A stretch of DNA of 34,461 nt from Myxococcota bacterium (GCA_041687695.1 JAWLBL010000044.1:1-34461); one strand, 5' to 3'; shown: positions 1 to 8,964, numbered from the stretch's first letter. The notes: a model not told the origin generated them from the sequence alone. A program made the numbers and translations.

Positions 1-147
1 CACCCCATGCTTCTCGGCGGCCACGGCGAGCGCGTAGCCGAAGATCTGGCGGACCTTCTTCTCGGGGATGAAGGAGAAGCGGCGCCGGTGGGCGCGGCGC
101 GTGATGAGGACGATCTCTCCGGGGACGACCGGGCGGGCGCGCGACAT
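1..147 (-). CDS. N-terminus of a Y1 (HUH) tyrosine transposase, RAYT/IS200-like; runs off the left edge
   Basis: Manual translation from ATG at 147: MSRARPVVPGEIVLITRRAHRRRFSFIPEKKVRQIFGYALAVAAEKHGV. GGAGG RBS just upstream. The R-x-V-x-PG...(L/H)(I/V)TRR...F...F...LA.AAE..G pattern resembles RAYT N-termini. The HUH motif would lie outside the window. Confidence 0.7.
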   Translation of the reverse strand, partial: MSRARPVVPGEIVLITRRAHRRRFSFIPEKKVRQIFGYALAVAAEKHGV

Positions 148-214
148 GGGGGACCTCCGAATGAGGCCGGCGGGCGCTGCGAGGCGCGCGCCGGGCGGTT
201 CGGGGGCCGCGTAG

Positions 215-230
215 AGCAGAGGGTGTGCCA
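215..230 (-). promoter_or_regulatory. sigma54 (-24/-12) promoter motif upstream of the transposase
   Basis: Minus strand reads TGGCACACCCTCTGCT, i.e. TGGCAC with exact GG-N10-GC spacing, correctly oriented about 70 bp upstream of the ATG at 147. Confidence 0.55.
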
Positions 231-424
231 GTCGCGTGGAGGGGGGAGTCGGCCAGCAGTTGCGTCGCCGAAGGGGCGCGAACGAGCCCTCCGAGCGCTC
301 AGCCGGGGACTGATGACCCTGGCGCTGGGGACTCGGCGCGCGGCGCGGTCGGGGCTCGGGCCGGCGGCGGCACCAGCGCGCGACCTCCTCCGCCCTGGTC
401 GTCAGGCCGGGCACCCGGCGCGTC

Positions 425-1483
425 TCACCGTGAGATGGCCTCGAGGGCGCGGCGCTCGACGCGGCGCAGGAGCTCGGCCAGGGCGGTGCGGGCGGGGCTG
501 GGGGGCAGGGGGGCGAGGCCGGCCGTCGCCTGCGACAGCTCGGCGCGCAGGCGGGAGAGGACGCGCTCGGGCGCACCCGACGTTCGCACCCGCGCGGCGA
601 CCTCGGCGCAGCGCTCGGGGGTAGCTCGTCCGGTGGCCAAGTCGGCCAGCGACGCCGCCAAGGTGGGGTCGGCCTCGAGCGCGTAGACCAGGGGCAGGGT
701 GGGGGTGCCGCCTACCAGGTCCTGGCCCAGCTCCTTGCCCAGGGCCTGGGGGTCGGCGCCCAGGTCCAGGAGGTCGTCGGCCAGCTGGAAGGCCACGCCC
801 AGGTGACGCCCCAGCTGGTCCAGGCGCGCCTCGACGACCGGGCCGGCTTGGGCCGCGCGGGCGCCGCCCCAGGTGGCGAAGGCGAAGAGCGCCCCGGTCT
901 TGCAGGCCGCGATCTCGAGGCAATCGCGCTCGGTGGCGGGAGCGCCGCCGCGCCGCTCGAGCTGCAGCAGCTCGCCGCGGGCCAGCTCGCGGGCGACCTC
1001 GACCGCGCGGGCCATCAGGGCGGCGTCGTTGGCCGCCAGCAGCGCCTCGAGCGCCGCGAAGAAGCAGTAGTCGCCGGCCAGGACGGCGACCGAGTTGCCG
1101 TAGACGACGCGCGCGGTGGGCTGGCCGCGGCGCTGCTCGCCCTGGTCGATGACGTCGTCGTGCAGCAGGGTGCCCGTGTGCAGCAGCTCGACCGCCGAGG
1201 CGACCGGCAGCGCGGCCTCGGGGCGGCCGCCGGCGGCCTGGGCGGCCAACATGACCAGGGCCGGACGCAGGCGCTTGCCGCCCGCCTCGAACAGGGCGCC
1301 CGCGGCCTCGCGGGCCTGTCCTGGCAGGGTCGTGAGCCAGGCCTCGACGCCCTGCCTCACGAGGGCGTCGAGCTGGCGGTGCAGCTCGGCCAGCTCGGCC
1401 AGGTGCTGCGCCGGGCCGGGCAGGCCATCGGCCAGGCGCTCGAGCGTCGCTGGCGACAGCGGGGCGGCGGCGACCACGCTCAA
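425..1483 (-). CDS. trans-polyprenyl diphosphate synthase (IspB/HepT-like, probably long-chain)
   Basis: C-terminal part of ORF 425..2395: GGKRLRP, FARM LLHDDVID + RRG, KTG, SARM FQLADDLLD. A small residue (G) five positions before FARM suggests long-chain product. Start is TTG 1483 (overlaps upstream TGA) or GTG 1477. Confidence 0.9.
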   Translation of the reverse strand: MSVVAAAPLSPATLERLADGLPGPAQHLAELAELHRQLDALVRQGVEAWLTTLPGQAREAAGALFEAGGKRLRPALVMLAAQAAGGRPEAALPVASAVELLHTGTLLHDDVIDQGEQRRGQPTARVVYGNSVAVLAGDYCFFAALEALLAANDAALMARAVEVARELARGELLQLERRGGAPATERDCLEIAACKTGALFAFATWGGARAAQAGPVVEARLDQLGRHLGVAFQLADDLLDLGADPQALGKELGQDLVGGTPTLPLVYALEADPTLAASLADLATGRATPERCAEVAARVRTSGAPERVLSRLRAELSQATAGLAPLPPSPARTALAELLRRVERRALEAISR

Positions 1484-2823
1484 CCCCACAGGACGCCGCC
1501 GGCCATCAGCAGGCCGGCGACCAGGTGCAGGCCGATGGTGGCGGCGTTGGCGCGGACCAACTCGCGGTCCTGGTAGTGACGGAACAGATGCTGGGTGGCC
1601 CACAGGGCGAGCGGGACGCCGGCCAGCATCCACAGAGCGCCGGCGGGGACCAGGTCGGCCGCGACCAGGGCGACGGCGGAGCCGAAGGCGGCGACCATCA
1701 GCGCCAGGTAGCCCCAGCGGGCCGCGGCCTTGCCGAGGACCACCACCAGGTGGTTCTTGCCGGTCAGGGCGTCGCTGCGCGCGTCGGGGAACTCGTTGAC
1801 CCACAGGATGGCGGTGGTCAGCAGCCCGACCGGCAGGCCGGCGAGGAAGGCGCGGGCGTCGAGCTGGCCCGAGACGACGTAGGCCATGCCGGCCAGCATC
1901 AGCGGGCCGAAGTTGAGGCCGATGAACAACTCGCCCAGCCCCTTGCGGGCGACCAGGCGCAGGGGCGGGGCGGTGTAGAAGATGGCCGAGAAGGCGCCGA
2001 TGGCGCCGAAGACGAGCAGCTCGGGCCCGCGGACCGTCAGCAGGACCGCGCCGATGGCGGTGGCGACGGCCAGCGCGGCGAGGCCGACGTTGCGCATGCC
2101 CTTGGGCGAGACGAGGCCCAGCTCGATGGCGCGGCTGCCGCCGCTGAACGGCATGAAGTAGTCGGTGTTGGCCTGGTCGGTGCCGCTGGTCCAGTCGTAG
2201 TAGTCGTTGAGGGTGTTGGCCGCGACGTGCAGGGCCAGGCCGCCGACCATCGCCAGGGAGAACAGCCCCCATGGGAAGGCGCCCGCGACGTCGCCCCAGG
2301 CCACGGCCAGGGCCGCGCCGAGCAGCAGCGGGACGAGGGAGGCCGTCAGGAAGGGCGCGCGGGTGATGACGAGCCACTTGAAGACGCGGGTCCACAGCGA
2401 GATGGGGGGCATCGCCTCGGCCACCGGCACGTCCGGCCGCGGCGTCGTGACCCCGCAGTAGCCGATCTGGACGCCGTTCTTCTTGGTGGGCGTGATCTTG
2501 ATGTCGGCGGCGAAGGGCGTGCCGTCCTTTCGCACGAAGACGGTGCGGCCCTCGAAGGCGCCTTCGCGGCGCGCCGTCTCCAGCCAGCTCGCCACGTGGC
2601 CCAGGACCACCAGGCCCGGGCTGAACAGGCTCACCCGCGCCTTGCCGACGACCTCGTCCGCCGAGTAGCCGAAGACGGCCTCGGCGTCCTTGCCGAAGGT
2701 CTCGAGGCGCCCCTCGAGGTCGCAGGTGATGACGCTCTTGAGCCGCTTGCCGGTTGCAACGGCGGCTTCAGTCGAGGTCTTCGTCGCCGCCTCCGCCTTC
2801 GCTGCCGATCGTGTCGTCGTCAT
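1480..2823 (-). CDS. menA: N-terminal PAS domain fused to 1,4-dihydroxy-2-naphthoate prenyltransferase (MenA/UbiA family)
   Basis: PAS/PAC motifs (ITCDLEGRL...AEAVFGYSADEVVGK...VRKDGTPF) followed by MenA motifs TRAPFL, NDYYDWTSGTD, GGSR, YTAPP, GLGE, NEFPDARSDALTGK and many TM helices. ATG 2823 has a GAGGAGG RBS. Confidence 0.85.
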   Translation of the reverse strand: MTTTRSAAKAEAATKTSTEAAVATGKRLKSVITCDLEGRLETFGKDAEAVFGYSADEVVGKARVSLFSPGLVVLGHVASWLETARREGAFEGRTVFVRKDGTPFAADIKITPTKKNGVQIGYCGVTTPRPDVPVAEAMPPISLWTRVFKWLVITRAPFLTASLVPLLLGAALAVAWGDVAGAFPWGLFSLAMVGGLALHVAANTLNDYYDWTSGTDQANTDYFMPFSGGSRAIELGLVSPKGMRNVGLAALAVATAIGAVLLTVRGPELLVFGAIGAFSAIFYTAPPLRLVARKGLGELFIGLNFGPLMLAGMAYVVSGQLDARAFLAGLPVGLLTTAILWVNEFPDARSDALTGKNHLVVVLGKAAARWGYLALMVAAFGSAVALVAADLVPAGALWMLAGVPLALWATQHLFRHYQDRELVRANAATIGLHLVAGLLMAGGVLWG

Positions 2824-3403
2824 GGCTGTCGCCTCCTCGGCGGGCGACGCCGCCCGCCAGCATCCCGATGAGGCCACGCACGTCCAGCGTGGCCGTTCGA
2901 ATGAGCGTGGTGATGGCGCCGCCGACCAGCTCGGCGAGCTGCCGCATGCGCCGGATGCGCTCGAGCGCCAGCGGCGAGGCCTCGCCCGAGGCCCGCGCCA
3001 GACGCTCGGCCTCGCGCAGCTCCGTCTGCACGCGCGCGACGAGGTCGTTCTCGCGGCGCGACAGCACGCGCGTAATCATCTTCATCAGATCGGTGCGCGC
3101 CCCGTAGCGCCACACGCTGTCGCGCGGATCGCGTACCCGCTCGATGACGCGCCACTGCTCGAGCTCGCGGATGAGCATGGACACCGCGCCCTTGCTCAGC
3201 TCCAGCGTCTCCTGCAGCTCGGCGGCGCTCATCGCGCGGTCGCGCAGGTACAGCAGCGCCCAGATGCGCCCGTGGTTGCGCTTGAAGTTCCAGAACTCGA
3301 TGACGTGGCCCACCGCGCTGACGGCCAGCGCCTCCCAGGCGCGCAGGGACTCGGCCGATTCGCTGGGCTCGGGCCCGTCGGGGCTGTCGTCGGACGGGGA
3401 CAT
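2768..3403 (-). CDS. GbsR/MarR-family winged-helix transcriptional regulator
   Basis: VGHVIEFWNFKRNHGRIWALLYL...MSAAELQETLELSKGAVSMLIRELEQW is a GbsR-type wHTH signature. ATG 3403 with GAGG RBS. Its acidic tail overlaps the menA start by 56 bp. Confidence 0.85.
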   Translation of the reverse strand: MSPSDDSPDGPEPSESAESLRAWEALAVSAVGHVIEFWNFKRNHGRIWALLYLRDRAMSAAELQETLELSKGAVSMLIRELEQWRVIERVRDPRDSVWRYGARTDLMKMITRVLSRRENDLVARVQTELREAERLARASGEASPLALERIRRMRQLAELVGGAITTLIRTATLDVRGLIGMLAGGVARRGGDSHDDDTIGSEGGGGDEDLD

Positions 3404-3442
3404 CGCGGGGCGCCTCGCTACGCGGTTCGTGGTGTATTGATG

Positions 3443-3460
3443 GTTCAAGACGTTTTGAAC
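3443..3460. promoter_or_regulatory. near-perfect 18-bp palindrome, probable operator of the GbsR-type regulator
   Basis: GTTCAAGACGTTTTGAAC (one mismatched pair) in an AT-rich patch 40 bp upstream of the regulator ATG, abutting a -35-like TTGCAG on the minus strand (3460-3465). Confidence 0.6.
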
Positions 3461-3521
3461 TGCAAGCTTCAAGTCGCAGGGGCGAACATCGGGCGCCTTC
3501 CGAGGAGCATCGAGCAGGACA

Positions 3522-3612
3522 CCGGGACAGTGGCCGGGACCGCGACCGGGGCCGAGGCCGGGACGGTGGCCGGGACCGTGACGGGGGCCCGGGACCGTGG
3601 CCGCGACTGGGG
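3522..3612. repeat. degenerate hexamer tandem repeat (CCGNGR), about 15 units
   Basis: ccggga cagtgg ccggga ccgcga ccgggg ccgagg ccggga cggtgg ccggga ccgtga ... in the intergenic space. Confidence 0.75.
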
Positions 3613-3639
3613 ACCGCCACGGGCGACCGTCGGCCAGGC

Positions 3640-5571
3640 TCAGCCGGGTCGCGAATTCCTGTCGGCCTCGGCCTCGAGCGCCGCCTCGCCCGAACCCCTC
3701 ACCGAGCGCGGCAGCGTGACCTGAAACTTCGTGCCCTGGCCCGGTTGGCTGGTCACCTCGACCTCGCCTTGCATCCCCTCGACGATGCGCCGCACGACCC
3801 ACAACCCGATGCCCAGCCCGGCATAGGCCCCCGGCGTGACCGCTCGGGTGAAGCGGTCGAACACGGTGTGCAGGCGATCGGGCGAGATGCCGATGCCGTG
3901 GTCCTCGACCTCGATGCTCACCCGGTCGAGGCCTCCGCCCGCCCCAGCCGCTTGGGTCAGCCGGACCTCGATGGGCTGCCCCTCGCCGTATTTCACCGCG
4001 TTGCCGACGAGGTTGAACAGCAGCTGCTCCAAGCGCAGCCGGTCGAAGCGCCCGGGCAACGCCTCGGGGCCCTCGAACGTCAAGGTCGACCCCGCCTGCT
4101 CGGCCGCCAGCCGCAGCCGGCGGACGGCCTCGCGCGCAACGGCGGCCCAGTCCTCGTCCGTCGGCAGGATCACCAGGTCGCCGCTCTGGGCCTGCTTGAG
4201 ATCGAGCAGGTTCGCGATCATCTGGTTGAGCCGCTCGATCTGCGTCGCCATCGCGTCCAGGTTCTCCTCGAGCCACGTCGGCCCGCCGCCCGCCAGGTGC
4301 CGCCCGGCCATCCGCCGCGTCGCCTGCACCGCCAGGCTCAGGCCCGTCAGCGGCGTCTTCAGCTCGTGCGAGGCGACCGACAGGAACTCCTCGCGCGCGC
4401 GCACGGCCTCCCGGGCCTCGGTGATGAGGCGCTCTCGGGCGTCCTGCGCCGTCTGCACCGACGCGGCCATGTCGTCGAAGGCGCGCGCCAGCTGGCCCAG
4501 CTCGTCGGGCTCGTGGGCCAGCCCCGATCGCGCCGCCAGGTCACCGCGCGCCAGCGCCTCGGCCGTCTGGACCAGGGCGCGTGTGCGGCGCACCACGATG
4601 AGATCGGCGCCGTACCAGGCCAGCAGCGCCGTCACCAGGCCGACCAGGGCCAGCAGCAACAGGTTGCGGCCGGCGTGGGTCTCGACCCCGCGCTCGAGCG
4701 CCAGCATGGGGATACCGACGACCACGTGGACGTCCCCGGGCTCGGGCGACGGCTCGTTGATCGTGGTGAAGGCGAACAGGCGCTCTTCACCCGCCGGGCC
4801 GTATCCGGTGACGATCCCCATCCGCTGCGAGAGCACGACGTCCACCCAGGCCAGGCCGGCCAGCGAGCGGCCGAACCAGAGATCCTCGTCGGGGTAGCGG
4901 ATGATGACGCGCCCCGACGCGTCGAGCAGGGTGAGGATGGTGCCTTCGGGCAGATCGCCGACGTCGAGCCAGCTGGCCAGCCAGGTGAGATCGATGGCCG
5001 CGAAAAGGACCCGCTCGAGGGTGACGCCCGACTCGTCGAAGACCGGCAGGGCGACGTTGATGCTGGGGCTCCCCGTCAGCCGCCCGATCTGCGGGTCGCC
5101 AATGGCGAGCGCGCCCGTCGCGACGGCGCGCCGGAAGTAGGCGCGGTCGGCGACCGACACGGGTTCGTCGGGGGTCAGCGCGCCGCACTCGTAAGCGCCC
5201 TCGGGGGTGACCGAGGCCATGTTGTGGTAGCGCGGATAGGCGCGCATCACCCGGCGCATCAAGTCCGTGCACGCCCCGGGGGTGTCGAAGTGGTCCTGGG
5301 CGGCCAGGCCGACCAGGCGCAGGATCTCGCCGGTCTCGGTCAGGGCGCGCCGCTCGGCGTCCGCCACGCTCCGCGCCACCTCGAGCGCCCGGCGCTCGAG
5401 CGCCTCGCGCGCCTGCGTGTGATGTTCGTAGGCCGAGACGGCGAGCAAGGCCGCGGCGGGGGCGAGCGTCAGCACAACCAGCGCCAGGACTCGCGTCCTG
5501 AGCCCGGCGCCGCGCCATCTCCCGGTGCGCGCAGCTCCCCCGCGCCCGGAGAGGTCATCGGATGAGGTCAT
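3640..5571 (-). CDS. membrane sensor histidine kinase (TM-dCache-TM-HAMP-HisKA-HATPase)
   Basis: Cache motifs (VSVADRAYF, IGRLTG, AAIDL), HAMP (DELGQLARAFDDMA), H-box SHELKTPL, N-box NLVGNAVKY, G1 DHGIGI, G2 GLGIGL. Start placed at ATG 5571. Confidence 0.92.
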   Translation of the reverse strand: MTSSDDLSGRGGAARTGRWRGAGLRTRVLALVVLTLAPAAALLAVSAYEHHTQAREALERRALEVARSVADAERRALTETGEILRLVGLAAQDHFDTPGACTDLMRRVMRAYPRYHNMASVTPEGAYECGALTPDEPVSVADRAYFRRAVATGALAIGDPQIGRLTGSPSINVALPVFDESGVTLERVLFAAIDLTWLASWLDVGDLPEGTILTLLDASGRVIIRYPDEDLWFGRSLAGLAWVDVVLSQRMGIVTGYGPAGEERLFAFTTINEPSPEPGDVHVVVGIPMLALERGVETHAGRNLLLLALVGLVTALLAWYGADLIVVRRTRALVQTAEALARGDLAARSGLAHEPDELGQLARAFDDMAASVQTAQDARERLITEAREAVRAREEFLSVASHELKTPLTGLSLAVQATRRMAGRHLAGGGPTWLEENLDAMATQIERLNQMIANLLDLKQAQSGDLVILPTDEDWAAVAREAVRRLRLAAEQAGSTLTFEGPEALPGRFDRLRLEQLLFNLVGNAVKYGEGQPIEVRLTQAAGAGGGLDRVSIEVEDHGIGISPDRLHTVFDRFTRAVTPGAYAGLGIGLWVVRRIVEGMQGEVEVTSQPGQGTKFQVTLPRSVRGSGEAALEAEADRNSRPG

Positions 5572-5696
5572 GCGGCCCACCTTATCGCGGCGCGTCCACA
5601 GCGTCGAACGAGCGCCTCGGAGGCGCGTGCGACCTACGGACACGGCCACGTCCGGTGTGGTATGAGCGAGCCGTAGCCCCCTTGGAGACGAACCCG

Positions 5697-8600
5697 ATGA
5701 AGCTCCGTCCTTCGCTCGCCCGCGCCGGCCTGTCCCTCGCCACCGCGCTGTCCCTGTGCGTCGCTGCCTGCGGCGACTCCGAGCCGCTGCCCGGGTCGGG
5801 CACCTTCGACATCGGCCAGGACGCCCCCGACGCCGTCTTCGACGACACGCCCAAGGGCGACGTGACCGTCGACGCCGCCGACCCCGACGCAGCCGAGCCC
5901 GACGCCAGCCCCGACGGCCAGGGCGACGCCGAGCCCGACGGGACCCCGACCGTGGCGCCCCCGGCCGTGGGCCAGGTCGTCTTCAGCGAGATCATGCGCG
6001 ACCCGGCCGCCGTCGAGAGCGACTTCGGCGAGTGGTTCGAGCTGACCAACGTCGCGGCCGTCACGGTCGACCTTGGCGGCTGCACCGTCTCGGACCTGAC
6101 CGGCGAGTCGCACGTGGTCGCCGCCGACGCGCTGGTGGTCGCCCCCGGCGCCCAGGTCGTCTTCGCGGCCAACGGTTCGATCGATGACAACGGAGGCGTC
6201 GTCGCCGACTACGTCTACGGCGACGATCTGACCCTGGGCAACGGCCACGACGCGCTCATCCTGACCTGCGCCGGCCTCATCGTCGACCAGGTCGTCTTCG
6301 ACGCCGTGGCCTTCCCGGCCACCTCCGGCGCGGCGATGCAGCTGTCTCCCGAGGCGATGACCGCCGCCGGCAACGACGCCGGGGCCAGCTGGTGCAACGC
6401 CAAGTTCCTCTATGGGGACGGCGACCTGGGCTCGCCGGGCGAGCCCAACCCCTCGTGCGAGGTCGACCCCTGCGCCGAGGTGGCCTGCGACGCGCCTCCG
6501 GCCCCCTCGTGCCTGGGCGACCTCATCCAGACCTGGGCCGCCGTGGGCGTGTGCAAGGGCGGCCAGTGCACCTACCCGCTGGCCGGCTCGACCGACTGCG
6601 GCGCGCAGGACCAGACCTGCGAGGCGGGCCAGTGCGTCGTCAGCACCGACCCCTGCAAGCCCAACCCGTGCACCGACCCGCCCGCGGGCACCTGCGCCGA
6701 CGACGACCTGCTGACGGTCTACGCGCCCAAGGGCTCGTGCAACAGCGGCACGGGGCAGGCCGTCTGCACCTACGCCGACCAGCAGGTCTACTGCTCGGCC
6801 ACCTTCGCCACCTGCGAGGACGGCGCCTGCGTCGGCGGCGTGGTCGCGCCGGTGCCCGGCCAGGTCATCTTCACCGAGTTCATGCCCGACCCCAAGAGCG
6901 TCACCGACGTCGACGGCGAGTGGTTCGAGGTCAAGAACGTCGGCGCCGACAAGGTGAACCTGAACGGCTGCCGAATCGCCGACCTGGGCAACAACAAGCA
7001 CGTCATCAACGCGGGCGGCCCGCTCATCATCGAGCCCGGCCAACACCTGGTCTTCGGCCGCGTCGCCGACCCGGCCGTCAACGGCGGCGTCCCGGTCGAC
7101 TACTACTACGGCTCGGGCATGAGCATGGCCAACGACGAGGACGAGCTGATCCTCGAGTGTGGCGGCGTGGTCATCGACATGGTCGCCTACGACAACGCGA
7201 CCTTCCCCGTCGCCGCGGGCGTCGCGACGCAGCTGTCGCCCGGCGCGCACACGGGCGAGGCCAACGACGCGGGCGCCGCCTGGTGCCCGGCGCAGTCGGC
7301 CTTCGGCGACGGCGACAAGGGCACGCCCGGCGCGGCCAACGAGACCTGCCCCGACCCGTGCGCGGGCGTCGTCTGCGACGTCGCGCCGCCCGACGGCTGC
7401 GACGGCACCGTGCGCCAGACCTTCGGCGCGAACGGCACCTGCCAGGTCGGCAAGTGCGTCTACCCGACCGTGTCGACCTTCGACTGCGCGGCGGGCGGCG
7501 AGATCTGCATCGCCGGCCTGTGCCTGCCCGACGGCCTGGGCGCGCCCGCGGCCGGCGAGGTCCTGTTCACCGAGATCATGAAGGACCCGGCCGCCGTGAA
7601 CGACACGGCCGGTGAGTGGTTCGAGGTCATGAACGTCGGCCCCGACCCGGTCATCCTGGACGGCTGCACCCTCACCGACGCGGGCAGCGACAAGCACACC
7701 ATCAAGGCCGTCGGCGGCGTCCCGGTCGTGCTGGTCCCGGGCGACCCCTTCCTGTTCGCGCGCAACGGCGACCCCGCGGTCAACGGCGGCCTGACGGCCG
7801 ACTACGTCTACGGCGGCTCGGTGAGCCTGGGCAATACGCAAGACGCGCTGACGCTGACCTGCGGCGAGGTGGTCATCGACCAGGTCGCGTGGACCGTCCC
7901 GCCCTTCCCGGGCGGCGCCGGCGTCGCCATGCAGCTGCACCCCGACCAGCTCGACGCGGTCGACAACGACTCGGCCGAGTTCTGGTGCGGCGCCGCGGTG
8001 CCCTACGGCGCGGGGGACCTGGGCACGCCGGGGGCCCTCAACAGCTCGTGCGAGGACCCCTGCGCGGGCGTCAAGTGCAACACGCCGCCGGCCAACAGCT
8101 GCGACGGCGACGTGGCGCTGACCTGGGCCGCGTCGGGCGCCTGCCACGGCGGCGAGTGCCAGTACCTGACCATCGACGAGGTGAACTGCGCGGCCACCGG
8201 CGACGTGTGCGTCGTCGGGACCTGCGTCGACCCGGCCTCGCTGTGCGACCCCAACCCCTGCACGCAGCCGCCGGCCGCCTACTGCGTCGGTGACACCCTG
8301 TTCGCCACCCCCGCGGTCGGCGCCTGCGCCGCCCAGGGCGCCGACGTGACCTGCGAGTACGCCGAGACCCAGACCGACTGCACGGCCTCGGGCCAGATCT
8401 GCAAGGCCGGCGCCTGCGCGGCCGGCGTCCCGATGCCGAGCGCCGAGGGCGAGCTGCTCATCACCGAGGTCCACGCCGACCCGCTGACCGGTGGCACGGC
8501 CGGCGAGTGGTTCGAGGTGCACAACCCGACGGCCGCCCCGCTGCGCCTCGGCGGCTGCGAGCTGAGCGATCTCGGCACCAACAGCCACGTCATCGCGGCC

Positions 8601-8951
8601 GACGGGGCCTCGGACGTGGTCGTGCCGCCCGGCGGCTTCCTGGTGCTGGGCCGCATCGCCGACCCGACGCTCAACGGCGGGGTCCCGGTCGACTACGCCT
8701 ACGGCAGCGGCATGACGCTGAACAACACGGGCGACCAGATCATCCTGACCTGCGGGACCGTCGAGGTCGACCAGGTCGCCTACGACAAGGACTGGCCGAT
8801 GAAGGCCGGCGTCGCGGCCAGCCTGGACCTCTTCTTCATCGACCCGGTGCTCAACGACGACCCCGAGGCCTGGTGCCTGGCCACGGGCGATCCCTACGGG
8901 CCGCTGGGCGATCTCGGCACTCCGGGCCAGGCAAACCCCAGCTGCCCCTGA
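5697..8951 (+). CDS. large surface lipoprotein with four lamin-tail domains and five 8-Cys repeats
   Basis: ATG 5697 with GGAG RBS, lipobox VAAC, acidic linker. Four repeats of (S/T)E.(M/H).DP...GEWFE..N...L.GC...D...GTPG..N typical of lamin-tail domains, separated by DPC...C..PP...C modules. Confidence 0.85.
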   Translation: MKLRPSLARAGLSLATALSLCVAACGDSEPLPGSGTFDIGQDAPDAVFDDTPKGDVTVDAADPDAAEPDASPDGQGDAEPDGTPTVAPPAVGQVVFSEIMRDPAAVESDFGEWFELTNVAAVTVDLGGCTVSDLTGESHVVAADALVVAPGAQVVFAANGSIDDNGGVVADYVYGDDLTLGNGHDALILTCAGLIVDQVVFDAVAFPATSGAAMQLSPEAMTAAGNDAGASWCNAKFLYGDGDLGSPGEPNPSCEVDPCAEVACDAPPAPSCLGDLIQTWAAVGVCKGGQCTYPLAGSTDCGAQDQTCEAGQCVVSTDPCKPNPCTDPPAGTCADDDLLTVYAPKGSCNSGTGQAVCTYADQQVYCSATFATCEDGACVGGVVAPVPGQVIFTEFMPDPKSVTDVDGEWFEVKNVGADKVNLNGCRIADLGNNKHVINAGGPLIIEPGQHLVFGRVADPAVNGGVPVDYYYGSGMSMANDEDELILECGGVVIDMVAYDNATFPVAAGVATQLSPGAHTGEANDAGAAWCPAQSAFGDGDKGTPGAANETCPDPCAGVVCDVAPPDGCDGTVRQTFGANGTCQVGKCVYPTVSTFDCAAGGEICIAGLCLPDGLGAPAAGEVLFTEIMKDPAAVNDTAGEWFEVMNVGPDPVILDGCTLTDAGSDKHTIKAVGGVPVVLVPGDPFLFARNGDPAVNGGLTADYVYGGSVSLGNTQDALTLTCGEVVIDQVAWTVPPFPGGAGVAMQLHPDQLDAVDNDSAEFWCGAAVPYGAGDLGTPGALNSSCEDPCAGVKCNTPPANSCDGDVALTWAASGACHGGECQYLTIDEVNCAATGDVCVVGTCVDPASLCDPNPCTQPPAAYCVGDTLFATPAVGACAAQGADVTCEYAETQTDCTASGQICKAGACAAGVPMPSAEGELLITEVHADPLTGGTAGEWFEVHNPTAAPLRLGGCELSDLGTNSHVIAADGASDVVVPPGGFLVLGRIADPTLNGGVPVDYAYGSGMTLNNTGDQIILTCGTVEVDQVAYDKDWPMKAGVAASLDLFFIDPVLNDDPEAWCLATGDPYGPLGDLGTPGQANPSCP

Positions 8952-8964
8952 CCACGCAGCGAGG

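Noticed and set aside
113..130. Partial match (ccggggacgac) to the HNH-associated palindrome
   Set aside because: Half-site only, inside coding sequence (VVPG); likely chance at this GC content.
425..2395. 656-aa ORF as a MenA-polyprenyl synthase fusion
   Set aside because: The upstream half is an out-of-frame shadow of menA. The synthase starts at about 1483/1477 in a different frame from menA.
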